DNA of 64,000 bases from positions 352,001 through 416,000 of the forward strand of contig CBDETY010000003.1 of NCBI GenBank assembly GCA_965243025.1. Reading direction: 5' to 3'. Shown here piece by piece: positions 27,650 to 37,503 of this stretch (position 1 is its first letter; the number at the start of each line of letters is the position of its first letter). The translations under genes were made by a program, and so were the position numbers. Under the pieces are notes generated by a model that did no database searches, was not told where the DNA came from, and saw only the letters and a program-made list of their open reading frames with translations. The stretch is from Candidatus Latescibacterota bacterium. GTDB taxonomy: Bacteria; Latescibacterota; UBA2968; UBA8231.

Positions 27650-28459
27650 GTGAAACTCGAGCTGGCCTGCTCCGATTTCACCTATCCCGACCTGCCCCAC
27701 GACCAGGCTCTCCGGTTGATCTCCATGCTGGGGATCGAGGGCGTGGACATCGGGCTGTTCGAGGACCGGTCTCACCTGAGGCCGTCGTCCGAGTTCAGGA
27801 GCGTGCGCCGGTCGGCGCGCAGACTGAAGAAGAGACTGGACGATTGCGGCCTTGTTGCCGCCGACATCTTTCTGCAGTTGGCGCTGGACTACGAATCGCA
27901 TGCCGTCAACCACCCGCAGCCGCGGCGCCGGCGCCAGGCCCGCGAGGCCTTCCTCAAGGCCCTCGACTACACCGCCGAATGCCGGGGCAGGCACCTGACG
28001 GCGCTGCCCGGCGCGCACTTCGCGGAAGAGAGCCGGCGGGACTCGCTGGCCCGGGCGGCCGACGAGCTGGCCTGGAGGGTGGAGCGGGCGAAGGAGCACG
28101 GAATCACCTTCGCCATCGAGCCCCACATCGGGTCTTTTGCGGATACACCCAGGCGCGCCGAAAGGCTGGTCCACGACGTGCCGGGCCTGACCCTGACCCT
28201 GGACTACGCCCACATGTATCCGCGGGGCTATTCCGCGGCGCAGATCGAGGGGCTGATTCAATACTCCAGCCATTTTCACGCCCGCGGAGTCAACCGCCGC
28301 GGCAGCTGCGGCATGGAGGAGAACACGCTGGACTGGAAGCGGGTTTTCCGGGTCATGGACAAGACCGGCTACCGGGGCTGGATCGAGCTGGAGTACGGCG
28401 GCAACAACATTACGGACACGGTCGCCTTCCGCGACTACTTCCGGAAACTGTTCGGGTAA
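27650..28459 (+). CDS. Sugar phosphate isomerase/epimerase (xylose isomerase-like TIM barrel)
   Basis: Metal-binding pattern IEPHIGS, LTLDYAH, HFHARG, GYRGWIELEY. Confidence 0.88.
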   Translation: MKLELACSDFTYPDLPHDQALRLISMLGIEGVDIGLFEDRSHLRPSSEFRSVRRSARRLKKRLDDCGLVAADIFLQLALDYESHAVNHPQPRRRRQAREAFLKALDYTAECRGRHLTALPGAHFAEESRRDSLARAADELAWRVERAKEHGITFAIEPHIGSFADTPRRAERLVHDVPGLTLTLDYAHMYPRGYSAAQIEGLIQYSSHFHARGVNRRGSCGMEENTLDWKRVFRVMDKTGYRGWIELEYGGNNITDTVAFRDYFRKLFG

Positions 28460-28517
28460 AAGCGCCCCGGCGGCTGGTGCCTGCGCGCGCGAGCTGTCAC
28501 GGAGAGGAGGAGAATCC

Positions 28518-29066
28518 ATGTGGAAGCCGGTCAGGATAAAAGTCGAGCGCCTCAGGCCCGAGTACTTCGCCCCGTACGGGCATCTCATCGCCAGCCTGGA
28601 GGAGCGCAGGCCGGACATCGTGAAAGGCAACTACAGTTCGTACGAGAAGCACGCCTATTCGGAAATATCCGCCGGGGAGGCGAAGGACGGCCCGGAATGG
28701 TATGCCGCCGACAGAAACCGGACCCCCCTGTCGGAAGGCCTGAGACGGGGCCATTTCGCCTTCCATACCGATGCGGGACAGTCCTTCTTCCCCGAGAACG
28801 GCAGGCCGACGGTCTACATCGTAGGCGGCGTCGGAGAGCCGCTCAGGGCGGAGGAAATGCGGGCTTTCTACGGCGAGGGCAGGGTGGGGGTCTGCCTGCA
28901 TCTGGGCGTCTGGCACACGATGCCGATGCCGGTGGACGGCGAGGAGCTGTACACGACCATACGCGGGGACCAGGACTACCTCGAACACTCGGTCGAGGTC
29001 GAGTTCGATCTGCAGCAGGGCCTGGTGATCGAGCCGGACCTGGAGAACTTCGATCCGAGTGCCTGA
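28518..29066 (+). CDS. Ureidoglycolate lyase (AllA)-like cupin, paralog of 27130-27648
   Basis: FAPYG, HFAFHTDAGQSFFP, RAFY, GVWHTMP, RGDQDY.EHS. Confidence 0.78.
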   Translation: MWKPVRIKVERLRPEYFAPYGHLIASLEERRPDIVKGNYSSYEKHAYSEISAGEAKDGPEWYAADRNRTPLSEGLRRGHFAFHTDAGQSFFPENGRPTVYIVGGVGEPLRAEEMRAFYGEGRVGVCLHLGVWHTMPMPVDGEELYTTIRGDQDYLEHSVEVEFDLQQGLVIEPDLENFDPSA

Positions 29067-29093
29067 CCGAGCCTCCCTGCCCAATCACCCCGG

Positions 29094-29764
29094 GTGAAAA
29101 GTCCGCAGCTGATTCACTCGCTCGCTGCACAGCTGGCCGGCCTCGGCCTGCTGAACGCCGCCGCAGCGGTTGCCGACCGCCCCGGCAGCGCCGCCGTCGA
29201 CACGACCGCCGGGCACATGGCCCGGTGGCTCCAGCACCCGCAGCGGGTCGCCCGCGTCATACGGGCTGACGTTCCCCCCGTCGTCGACGGCGTCCTCGAC
29301 GACGAGGCCTGGTTCGGCGCGCCCGCGCACACCGGCTTCATCCAGCGCGATCCCGACCAGGGAAAACCGGCCACCGAGCGCACGGAGTTCAGGGTCGTCT
29401 ACGACGACGAGGCGCTCTACATCGCCGGCATCTGCTACGACAGCCGGCCCGACCGCATCACCCCCCGCCTTGCCCGTCGCGACGAGTGGCGCGAGAGGGA
29501 CCTCTTCGAGGTGAGCCTGGACCCCCACCACGATCACCAGACGGGTGCGTTCTGGAGGACAACCGCGACTTCAAGCGGAGGGCCCTGCGCTGGGAGTACC
29601 GGCCCGGCAGTACCCTGTTCTTCGTGTGGCAGCAGAACCGGGACCGCGACTTCGACGACGTTCGCGATCCCGACTTGAAGCCGCTGAGCTCCGTCGCCGG
29701 CTCCTTCACCGACGGCGGCGACAACATCGCACTGGTGAGGTTCAATCGCCGCTTCGGGCTGTAG
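29094..29764 (+). pseudogene. CBM9/DUF5916-type outer-membrane protein with large internal deletion
   Basis: N-terminus PVVDGVLDDEAW...Q..P..G.PATERTEFRVVYDDEALY...DPHHDHQT is joined out of frame near 29552 to the extreme C-terminus LRWEYRPGSTLFFVWQQ. Confidence 0.78.
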
Positions 29765-29965
29765 GAGGAGATCGGGCTGAGCAGCCGGTCATCGGACTGC
29801 GAGTGACACGGGAACAGGCGAGAGACTGGACCGGCCCGAAGCGTGGGCGGCGCCGCGAAGGCCGCCCTCGAGGAACGTGATTCGGCTCGACATCCTGCTG
29901 GAGCGCAGGCCACGGGAAACGCTGGACGTGGCCAGGCCGTTAAAAGGACTGGAGGGGAACCGTAA

Positions 29966-31258
29966 TTGAAGGTCGTCGACGTCCAACGCATCACCGTGGC
30001 GGTGCCGTTCACGCCCCGGCAGCAGCAGATTACGGCGCGCGAGGTCTACAACTGGAACATTCTCGAGCTGTGCCGGGTCTCGACCGACACCGGGCACGTC
30101 GGCTGGGGGGAGACGGTCGTCCATTACACCTGGTGCCGGGTGACGGACGAAGCCGTGGAGAAGGTCGTCGGGCAGAGCCCCGCCCGTCTGATGCACGACG
30201 ACTCTCTCGGCTGCGGCCTGCAGATGGCCCTGTTCGACGTGGTCGGCAGGATCCTCGAGGTGCCGGTCCACGAGCTGCTGGGGGCCAAGGTCAGGGACCG
30301 GGTGCCGATCTCCTGGTGGTCGATAGATGCCTCACCGTCCCGATGGGCGGCAGAGGCGCAGGAGGCGGTCGCCAACGGCTACACCAGCTTCAAGGTCAAG
30401 CCGCGGCCCTGGTGGGACATCCTGGAGCAGGTGGAGGCGATCGACAAGGTGGTGCCCGGCCACTTCCGGCTCGACCTCGACCCGAACGGGACCTTCCAGA
30501 CCGCGGCCGCGGCCATCCCCATTCTCAAAAAGCTGGAGCGCTACGACATCGTCGCCATGTTCGAGGAGCCGATCCCAAGGGACGACGTGTTGGGGAACCG
30601 CCAGATTCGACGGGCAATCGACCGCCCCCTCGCCATGCATTTCGGGTCCCCGCCATACGTCACCGTCCTGCGCGAGGAGGTCTGCGACGGGTACGTACTG
30701 TGCGCCGGGGAGTCCGCGGTCATGCGCCAGGGCACGCTCAGCGCCGGGGCGAAAATGCCCTTCTGGCTGCAGCTGGTCGGCAACGGCCTGACCACCGCCT
30801 GGGCGGCCCATCTCGGGGCCGTCCTGACCCACGCCACGTGGCCGGCGATCACCTGTATCAATCTTTTCACGCACCAGCTGCTGAAGGAGAAGATCGAGGT
30901 CGTCGGCGGGTACCACGAGGTGCCCGCCGGCCCCGGGCTCGGAGTCGAGGTCGACGAAGACGCGGTGGAGGAATACCGCGTGCCGGAGGCCGAGCTCGAG
31001 CCCTTCCGAAAGAAGGGTCTGCCGTACGATCATCCGGAGCCGCGAACCATCAATACCATCGTCTACCCGGACGGCAGCTGCATCCACATGGCGCACGCGA
31101 GCCAGGGCTATTCCTTTTTCATGCAATACGGCAACGGACCGGCGCAGGTTGAAGGGGTGCGGCTCGAGCTGCGGCCCGACGACGGCTCGGGGGAGTGGGC
31201 GCGTCTGTTCGAGCGCGCCCGCGTCCGGCCGGTCCGGGACCGCCAACGAAGCCGCTGA
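29966..31258 (+). CDS. Mandelate racemase/muconate lactonizing enzyme family (enolase superfamily)
   Basis: DTGHVGWGE, ALFDVVG...PVHELLG, FKVK, LDPN, FEEP, GPGLGVEVDE. Confidence 0.92.
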   Translation: MKVVDVQRITVAVPFTPRQQQITAREVYNWNILELCRVSTDTGHVGWGETVVHYTWCRVTDEAVEKVVGQSPARLMHDDSLGCGLQMALFDVVGRILEVPVHELLGAKVRDRVPISWWSIDASPSRWAAEAQEAVANGYTSFKVKPRPWWDILEQVEAIDKVVPGHFRLDLDPNGTFQTAAAAIPILKKLERYDIVAMFEEPIPRDDVLGNRQIRRAIDRPLAMHFGSPPYVTVLREEVCDGYVLCAGESAVMRQGTLSAGAKMPFWLQLVGNGLTTAWAAHLGAVLTHATWPAITCINLFTHQLLKEKIEVVGGYHEVPAGPGLGVEVDEDAVEEYRVPEAELEPFRKKGLPYDHPEPRTINTIVYPDGSCIHMAHASQGYSFFMQYGNGPAQVEGVRLELRPDDGSGEWARLFERARVRPVRDRQRSR

Positions 31259-31269
31259 GGAGTTTGCAA

Positions 31270-33048
31270 ATGCCGCTCAATCTGAACCACGCCGATCTGA
31301 CCATCGACACGCCTGCCCGGCCGCCTGCATGGGCGCTGATGGAGCGCGAGCTGATCCGCGCCCAGAGCCGCGCCTGCGAGGTCTTCTTCGCAAAATACTT
31401 CGACGAGCGGGGATACCTGAAATGCATCCCGCGCTGGGGCGGCAACGACGGCCCCGACGACGCCATCGAGAATCTCGTCCACTGGCCCACCCTCTACCTT
31501 CTCGGGGGTTCCGACTCCCTCATGGAGATGTGCAAGCTGGCCTGGGAGGGGCACCTGCGTCAGTACACGGAGGCAAAAACCACCGAAGTGCCGTTCGCCC
31601 GGGACGGCATGTACTACAAGGAATTCCCGGTCATGTTCGACTGGGTCCACAACGCCGAGGGCCTGACGACGTTCAACCACCACGGCCTGTTCGATCCGTA
31701 CGAGCGCAGTTTCCAGGACCGGGTCCGCCGTTTCGCCGGCTTCTACATGAACGAGGACCCGCAGGCTCCCAACTACGACCCGGAGCACAAGATCATCCGC
31801 AGCCTCTTCAACGGCAGCCGCGGGCCGCTGCTGCGCAAGGCGACGGCCATCGACTGGGCCGGCGATCCGCTCGCTGAAGTGGAGGGGCGCTTCGTCGCCC
31901 TGCACGGGGAGCGAAATTTCGAGGAGATGCTCGAGCATTTCGCCGACTACACCGACATCGTCGGCGACCACCCGCAGAACATGGTGGCCACGGCCCTGGG
32001 GTTCAACGCCTACGCCCTGACCGGGGAGGCCAGGTACAGGGACTGGGTGCTGGAGTACGTCGACGCCTGGTGCGACCGCACCAGGGAGAACGGCGGCATC
32101 ATCCCGTCGAACATCGGTCTCGACGGCACCATCGGCGGGGAATGCGGCGGCAAGTGGTACGGCGGCTGCTACGGCTGGGGGTTCACCGTTACCGTCCCTC
32201 CGACATACGAGCCGAGCAACCGCAACTCCGTCTTCCGGAGCATCACCGGGTTCGGCAACGCCCTGCTGCTTACCGGGGACCAGCGCTACGTCGACGTCTG
32301 GCGGGAGATGCTCGACAGGATCAAGTCGAACAAGAAAATCGTGGATGGGCGGGAGGTGTACCCGCACATGCACGGCGACGAAGGCTGGTACGCCTTCTCG
32401 CCGCAGCCGTATTCGCACGGGGCCCTCGAGGTCTTCTACTGGTCCATGGACCCGGCCGACCTGTCGCGGCTCTCGACCACCTCCGGCTGGACCGGTTTTC
32501 TGGAAGGGAACAACCCGGACTTTCCCCTCGCCGCCCTCGGCGAGGACTTCGAGACGCTGCGCCGCAGGATGGAGCACGTGCTCCAGGACCCCTCGACGCC
32601 GGACACCCGGCTCTCCGACAACACCAACCCGTTCAATCCCGCCATCGTATCCAATCTCGTTCACTTGATGCTGGGCGGTCTGCCGACCGAACACAGCGGC
32701 CCGCTGCACTGCCGGGTGCGCTACTTCGACCCGGTCCGCAGGCGGGCAGGCCTGCCCGAGGATGTCGGCGCCCTGGTGGAGAAGCTCGGGCCGGACTCGA
32801 TGACGCTGCAGCTGGTCAATCTCGACCAGAGCGGGGAGCGCGCCCTCGTCGTGCAGGGAGGCGCCTACGGAGAGCACCGTTTCGTACGCGCCGCGGCCGG
32901 AGAGAACGAAGTGGAGCTGGAAGGCTCCCATTTCCGGGTGCGGCTGGCTCCGGGAGCCGGAGCCCGCGTGGAGCTGGAGATGGAGCGTTACGCCAGGCCG
33001 CCCACCTTCGCCTTTCCATGGGATTACGCGACCGCGTCCCGCGGGTAG
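31270..33048 (+). CDS. Hypothetical protein, 592 aa, cytoplasmic and enzyme-like
   Basis: Strong coding bias, GAGGAG SD; motifs RWGGNDGPDDAIEN, FDWVHNAEG, GKWYGGCYGW; no signal peptide. Confidence 0.8.
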   Translation: MPLNLNHADLTIDTPARPPAWALMERELIRAQSRACEVFFAKYFDERGYLKCIPRWGGNDGPDDAIENLVHWPTLYLLGGSDSLMEMCKLAWEGHLRQYTEAKTTEVPFARDGMYYKEFPVMFDWVHNAEGLTTFNHHGLFDPYERSFQDRVRRFAGFYMNEDPQAPNYDPEHKIIRSLFNGSRGPLLRKATAIDWAGDPLAEVEGRFVALHGERNFEEMLEHFADYTDIVGDHPQNMVATALGFNAYALTGEARYRDWVLEYVDAWCDRTRENGGIIPSNIGLDGTIGGECGGKWYGGCYGWGFTVTVPPTYEPSNRNSVFRSITGFGNALLLTGDQRYVDVWREMLDRIKSNKKIVDGREVYPHMHGDEGWYAFSPQPYSHGALEVFYWSMDPADLSRLSTTSGWTGFLEGNNPDFPLAALGEDFETLRRRMEHVLQDPSTPDTRLSDNTNPFNPAIVSNLVHLMLGGLPTEHSGPLHCRVRYFDPVRRRAGLPEDVGALVEKLGPDSMTLQLVNLDQSGERALVVQGGAYGEHRFVRAAAGENEVELEGSHFRVRLAPGAGARVELEMERYARPPTFAFPWDYATASRG

Positions 33049-33232
33049 GATCTGCGCGGCCCTGGTGCCGTCGCCTGTGAATAGGGTGCGCAGCGACAGG
33101 GTGAATACATGAGGGAGGAATCTCAACGATGATGTGGTGGATCGAACCGCCCCTTTCCTCTCGACTGCAGCGGCGTCCGAACTCACGCGGACTGTCCGAG
33201 CGGGCACGGACTTCCCGGGGAAAGCACTGCCC

Positions 33233-35521
33233 ATGAGACCCAAGCGACTGCTGGCGGGGATGCGGCACCTCCTGGCGCTGGGAGCCGCCTTGCCGGGAGC
33301 CCTCTCCGCCGCGGCGGCATCCCAGCCCTTCACCATCGCCAGTCCCGAGGCAGGCGCTGCCCCTGTCGTCATCGCGCCGACGGCGTCCGACCTCACCCGG
33401 ACGAACGCCGGGGAGCTCGCCCGGATCATCGAGCGGATGTCCGGCCGTCTGCCAGTCATCGCGACGGACCTGCCGGCGGGACCCGCCATCGTGGCCGGCA
33501 CCGCGGTGGAGTTTCCTTACACGCCGCGTCTGCGGGAGCTGCAGGGCCGGAGCCCCGAGGCCTTCCTGTTGCACAGCGGGGCCGACCGCCTCCACATCGT
33601 CGGCAACAGCGACCTGGGCGTTCAGGTGGGGATCTTCACGCTGCTGCGGGAGTTGGGCTGCCGCTGGTTCTTCCCGCACGAGGCCTGGACGGTCGTCCCC
33701 GAGCGGGAGACGGTGCGGATCGAGCTCGACCGGACCGAAAGTCCGGACTTCGACTACCGGCGCATCTGGTACGGTTGGGGGGCGCGCACCGAAAAGCTCG
33801 CCGCGGACTATTCCGCCTGGAACCGGCACAACCGAATGCCCGGGTGGTTCGGTATCGCCTGCAGCCACGCCTGGGCCCAGTTCGCCCCCGGCAGCCTCCT
33901 CGAGGAGCACCCGGATTACTTCGCGCTGAGGGGCGGCGTCCGGCAGGGGCATCAGCCCTGCACCACCCATCCGGACGTGATCCGGCTGGCGACCGAGCAC
34001 GTGATCCGGACCTTCGAGGAGGAGCCGGAGCGCAACATGGCGCCCTTCGACCCGAACGACAACGGCGAGTTCTGCGAAGGGGACCGCTGCCTGGCGGTCG
34101 GCACCGTCAGCGACCGCGTCTTCCTGTTCGCGAACACGGTTGCCGAAGGGCTTGCCGCCCGCTTCCCGGGGAAATACCTGGGACTGTTGTCCTACGCCTG
34201 GCACACCGACCCGCCGGCCTTCCCTCTGCACCCGAACGTCTACGTGCAGCTCACCAGGGGGCTGCGCCGGACGCAGATGACCTGGGAGGAGCAGATCGCG
34301 GCATGGTCCGAGAAAGCCGGTGCCTTCGGCGTCTACGACTACTTCTCCCTGCACGAGTGGGACGGCAGCATGCCGGGCAAGGCCAAGGGCGGCAACGTCG
34401 AGTACCTGCGGGCGAACATTCCCCACTACCACCGGCTCGGGGCCACCACTCTCGACGGGCAGTCGGGCTGCAACTGGGGCCCCAACGGGCTCGGCTATTA
34501 CCTGACGGCACAGCTGACGTGGGATGTCGAGGCCGACGTCGACGCCATCGTCGAGGATTTCTACGCGACGGCATTCGCCGGGGCCGCGGCGCCGGTGCGG
34601 CGGTTCTACCAACGCTGGCAGGACAGCAACGAGATGAGCGAGAGAACGCTGGTGCTGGCGTACCGGGACCTGGATGCGGCGCGCAGGCTGGCCGAAGGTC
34701 CCGGCGTCGAGGGTCGCCTCGATCACCTGATGATGTACCTGCACTGGCTGCGTCTCAGGCACGAGTTCTACATGGCGCGCGATCCGGAGGTGATCCTGCC
34801 GCTCGGCCGGGAGCTGATCCGTTATTCGCGGAGGATCATGGACACCGGCCTCGTCCACTCACAGGCGATCGTCCTCGGCTGGGATTTCTACAAGAGGGTC
34901 CGCGGCGCCCACGGCTTCGAGAAGGTCACCGACCTGGAGGGGGTGACCGACGGGATGGTGGAAAGCTGGAAGACGGAGAGGACCGACATCCCCGCACACG
35001 CCGAGATCGTCCGGCTCTTCGAGGAGGGACTGAAGACCTACGGCAGCCGGGAAGTGTCGGAGGAGCTGCGGGTCGAGTGGTCGCGGGACCTCGTTCCGGT
35101 AGGGAGCCAGCGGTCAGAGCCGCTCCTGCAGCTGCTGGAAGGACGGGCGGAATCGCGGCTGTTTTTCGAGAAGGCCCTTTACTGCTTTGCCGCCGAGGCC
35201 GGACCGCTCTTCTTCTTCGTTCCACGGGACACCGAAATGTTCGTGCTGAGGGTTCACGCCTCCAGCAGCCACGAAAGCGACGTTCGCTTTTACGGACCGG
35301 ACGGCCAGCTCCTCTCCGAGCACCTCAGGCTGGTGACCGGATCGGACCTTTCCCTTCCGGTGGATGTCCCGGTGACGGTGCCGGCAGGAGCCGACCGGGG
35401 GATCTGGGCCTTCACCGTCAGCCGCAGTCCCCGCGCCTCCCTCCAGCTGCGCGGGGTTCCTCCCTATCTCGCGCGCCACCCGGACGAACTCCTCACGCCG
35501 AGGGAAGCGCTGTCCCGCTGA
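33233..35521 (+). CDS. DUF4838-type secreted glycoside-hydrolase-like protein
   Basis: Signal peptide; N-terminal domain EL...IERMSG..LP...EAF...LGCRWFFP...W.VVP; HPDYFAL, QPCTTHPDV, PNDNGEFCE, YLTAQLTWD. Confidence 0.8.
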   Translation: MRPKRLLAGMRHLLALGAALPGALSAAAASQPFTIASPEAGAAPVVIAPTASDLTRTNAGELARIIERMSGRLPVIATDLPAGPAIVAGTAVEFPYTPRLRELQGRSPEAFLLHSGADRLHIVGNSDLGVQVGIFTLLRELGCRWFFPHEAWTVVPERETVRIELDRTESPDFDYRRIWYGWGARTEKLAADYSAWNRHNRMPGWFGIACSHAWAQFAPGSLLEEHPDYFALRGGVRQGHQPCTTHPDVIRLATEHVIRTFEEEPERNMAPFDPNDNGEFCEGDRCLAVGTVSDRVFLFANTVAEGLAARFPGKYLGLLSYAWHTDPPAFPLHPNVYVQLTRGLRRTQMTWEEQIAAWSEKAGAFGVYDYFSLHEWDGSMPGKAKGGNVEYLRANIPHYHRLGATTLDGQSGCNWGPNGLGYYLTAQLTWDVEADVDAIVEDFYATAFAGAAAPVRRFYQRWQDSNEMSERTLVLAYRDLDAARRLAEGPGVEGRLDHLMMYLHWLRLRHEFYMARDPEVILPLGRELIRYSRRIMDTGLVHSQAIVLGWDFYKRVRGAHGFEKVTDLEGVTDGMVESWKTERTDIPAHAEIVRLFEEGLKTYGSREVSEELRVEWSRDLVPVGSQRSEPLLQLLEGRAESRLFFEKALYCFAAEAGPLFFFVPRDTEMFVLRVHASSSHESDVRFYGPDGQLLSEHLRLVTGSDLSLPVDVPVTVPAGADRGIWAFTVSRSPRASLQLRGVPPYLARHPDELLTPREALSR

Positions 35522-35692
35522 CGCATCGGCAGCCGAGCGCTGTCACTGGCAACTGCCCCGGGGGCAACCCTCCCACACATCGGCCGTTACCGGATGCGGG
35601 GATGGGTCGGCGCTGGGGCGGATCGGAGGGAGCAGGACCACCGGTGTTCAAACCGGTCCGGTTCATCCGAGTCCCAGGCAGTGGTAAGGAGG

Positions 35693-36400
35693 TCAGGCGG
35701 TCACTGAGAAGAGCCGGTTGTTCGCCGCCAACCTGAGCACCTGCGAGAAGTGGTGGATCTCCTCGCCGCCGACTCGCGTCGGCACCTCGAGGACGAACTC
35801 GGCGAAGTGCGGGGCATTGAAGGCGACGAAGGCCAGCGAGATTCCGTCCGCATGGCACCCATGGCGCTGGCTCAGGTCGGGAAAGGCCACCGGGCCGGTG
35901 TCCACCTGGTAGGCGCTGCGCTCGCGGTTCGTGTTCATCGACTTGACCGGGTACTCGATGACGGCTCGAAGCCCGGTTTTGTCGTTCCAGATTTCCGTCT
36001 GCGCCACGAGCGGATCGCAGGCGCAGGTCGCGGCGCAGATCGTCTGGCCATCCTCGAGCTCGACCACCTCACCCCCTTCGACCAGGTGGTATCTCTGTCC
36101 CCCGAAGAAATCGGCCGATGGAACACGGCTCCTGTAGCCCTCGTGCGCATGCGCCAGGCGCCGGAAGACGATGGCGTCCCGCGGCCCGTAGATCGCCATG
36201 AAATCGTAGTTGGGCTCCTTGAACAGATTCCGTTCGACGAAGACGTCCTCGCTCTTGCACGAGCCGGTCTGGATGTAATCCGCGCTTGCGCCGGTGCGTT
36301 CGTCCGTGATCCGCGTGCGGGATTCCACCCACATGCGCACTTCGTTTTCCGGTCCGTTTCCGAGCACGAACGAACGGCCGTAGTCGAGTGGCCTCATCAC
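35693..36400 (-). CDS. Hypothetical protein
   Basis: 235-aa ORF with GAGGAG SD and globular composition (LDYGRSF, SCKSE, YQVDTGPV). Confidence 0.75.
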   Translation of the reverse strand: MMRPLDYGRSFVLGNGPENEVRMWVESRTRITDERTGASADYIQTGSCKSEDVFVERNLFKEPNYDFMAIYGPRDAIVFRRLAHAHEGYRSRVPSADFFGGQRYHLVEGGEVVELEDGQTICAATCACDPLVAQTEIWNDKTGLRAVIEYPVKSMNTNRERSAYQVDTGPVAFPDLSQRHGCHADGISLAFVAFNAPHFAEFVLEVPTRVGGEEIHHFSQVLRLAANNRLFSVTA

Positions 36401-36585
36401 AACTCCTCATGGGATCGAATCGCTGAAGCGGGATGACAACACGAACCCCCGCCCGCCGCCCGAGAATGCCGGCGATCTACCGCTTGATTCTCACGCGCAT
36501 ATATTCGCACGATCCATCACTCCCCCGGGAGGCGATCGAGCCTCGACCTGAGATTCACTCCTTCACCCCTGGAGGCATCGGAACA

Positions 36586-37419
36586 ATGACCTCTGAAACG
36601 AGCTTTGCCGACGCGCAGCACGACCGGTTCACGGAGAAGGGTTTTCTGCGTTTGGGCAAGGTTTTGCCGGCGGACCAGTTCATGGCATTGCAGCGACGCA
36701 TGGACGACATCATGATGGGCCGCATCGAATACGAAAACATGCGCTTCCAGTTCTACGACAGCAGCACGGGCAAACTGCGCCGGACCAGGGGCAACACGGA
36801 GCGCGCCCTGTCCTACCGGCGCATCGACGACCTGGAGCAGGATCCCGTCTTCCTCGCGTACATACAACATCCGCTCTACCGCCAGATCACGCGGCGCTAC
36901 ATCGGTGAGGAAGTCTCGGTCTTTCGCTCCATGTTCATGAACAAACCAGCCGGACACGGCACGGTCGAGCACGGTACCGAAATCAAATGGCACCAGGATG
37001 TGGGCACAGGTTTCGGTATCGACACCGAGCCCTTCGTCACCGTCTGGACCGCCCTCGACGATGCCACCGTGGCCAACGGCTGTATGCAGATTGTCCCCGG
37101 CAGCCACAAGCACGGCGTCATCAACCGGAATCACTTCCCCTCGCCGGAGGAACAGACGCAATACATCGCTGAGGGGAACGTCGTCGATCTGGAAGCCGAG
37201 GCCGGGGAGGCCATCCTGCTGCACAATCTGCTGCTCCACCGCTCAGGTGTGAACCCTTCCACGGAGCGCCGCCGCGCTTTCTCCGTGATGTACGTGGACG
37301 CGGCGACGCGCACGCTGGATTCGGGCATGAGCTTTCCGGTCATCTTCGGCGAGAACGCGCTCGACCCCGAAACAGTGCCTGCAAAAGCGGCCGACCAGAT
37401 CGAGGTGTTCTACGGATGA
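36586..37419 (+). CDS. Phytanoyl-CoA dioxygenase (PhyH) family Fe(II)/2OG oxygenase
   Basis: WHQD (HxD), TVWTALDDAT..NGC.Q.VPGSH, distal LLHRSG.N; GGAGG SD. Confidence 0.92.
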   Translation: MTSETSFADAQHDRFTEKGFLRLGKVLPADQFMALQRRMDDIMMGRIEYENMRFQFYDSSTGKLRRTRGNTERALSYRRIDDLEQDPVFLAYIQHPLYRQITRRYIGEEVSVFRSMFMNKPAGHGTVEHGTEIKWHQDVGTGFGIDTEPFVTVWTALDDATVANGCMQIVPGSHKHGVINRNHFPSPEEQTQYIAEGNVVDLEAEAGEAILLHNLLLHRSGVNPSTERRRAFSVMYVDAATRTLDSGMSFPVIFGENALDPETVPAKAADQIEVFYG

Positions 37420-37503
37420 CCCAGTGCTGGCTGTACCTCGTCGGCGAGGTGCAGTCGCCGCCAGCAGTCGTGGCCGAGAGGAGGGGGGCGGCGATCCTGG
37501 ATC

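Noticed and set aside
24352-27681. 1109-aa minus-strand ORF, and similar long antisense ORFs (20993-23473, 40498-42819, 43843-47139, 56302-58695)
   Set aside because: Shadow frames opposite well-supported genes. High GC and codon bias suppress stops, and the translations lack family motifs.
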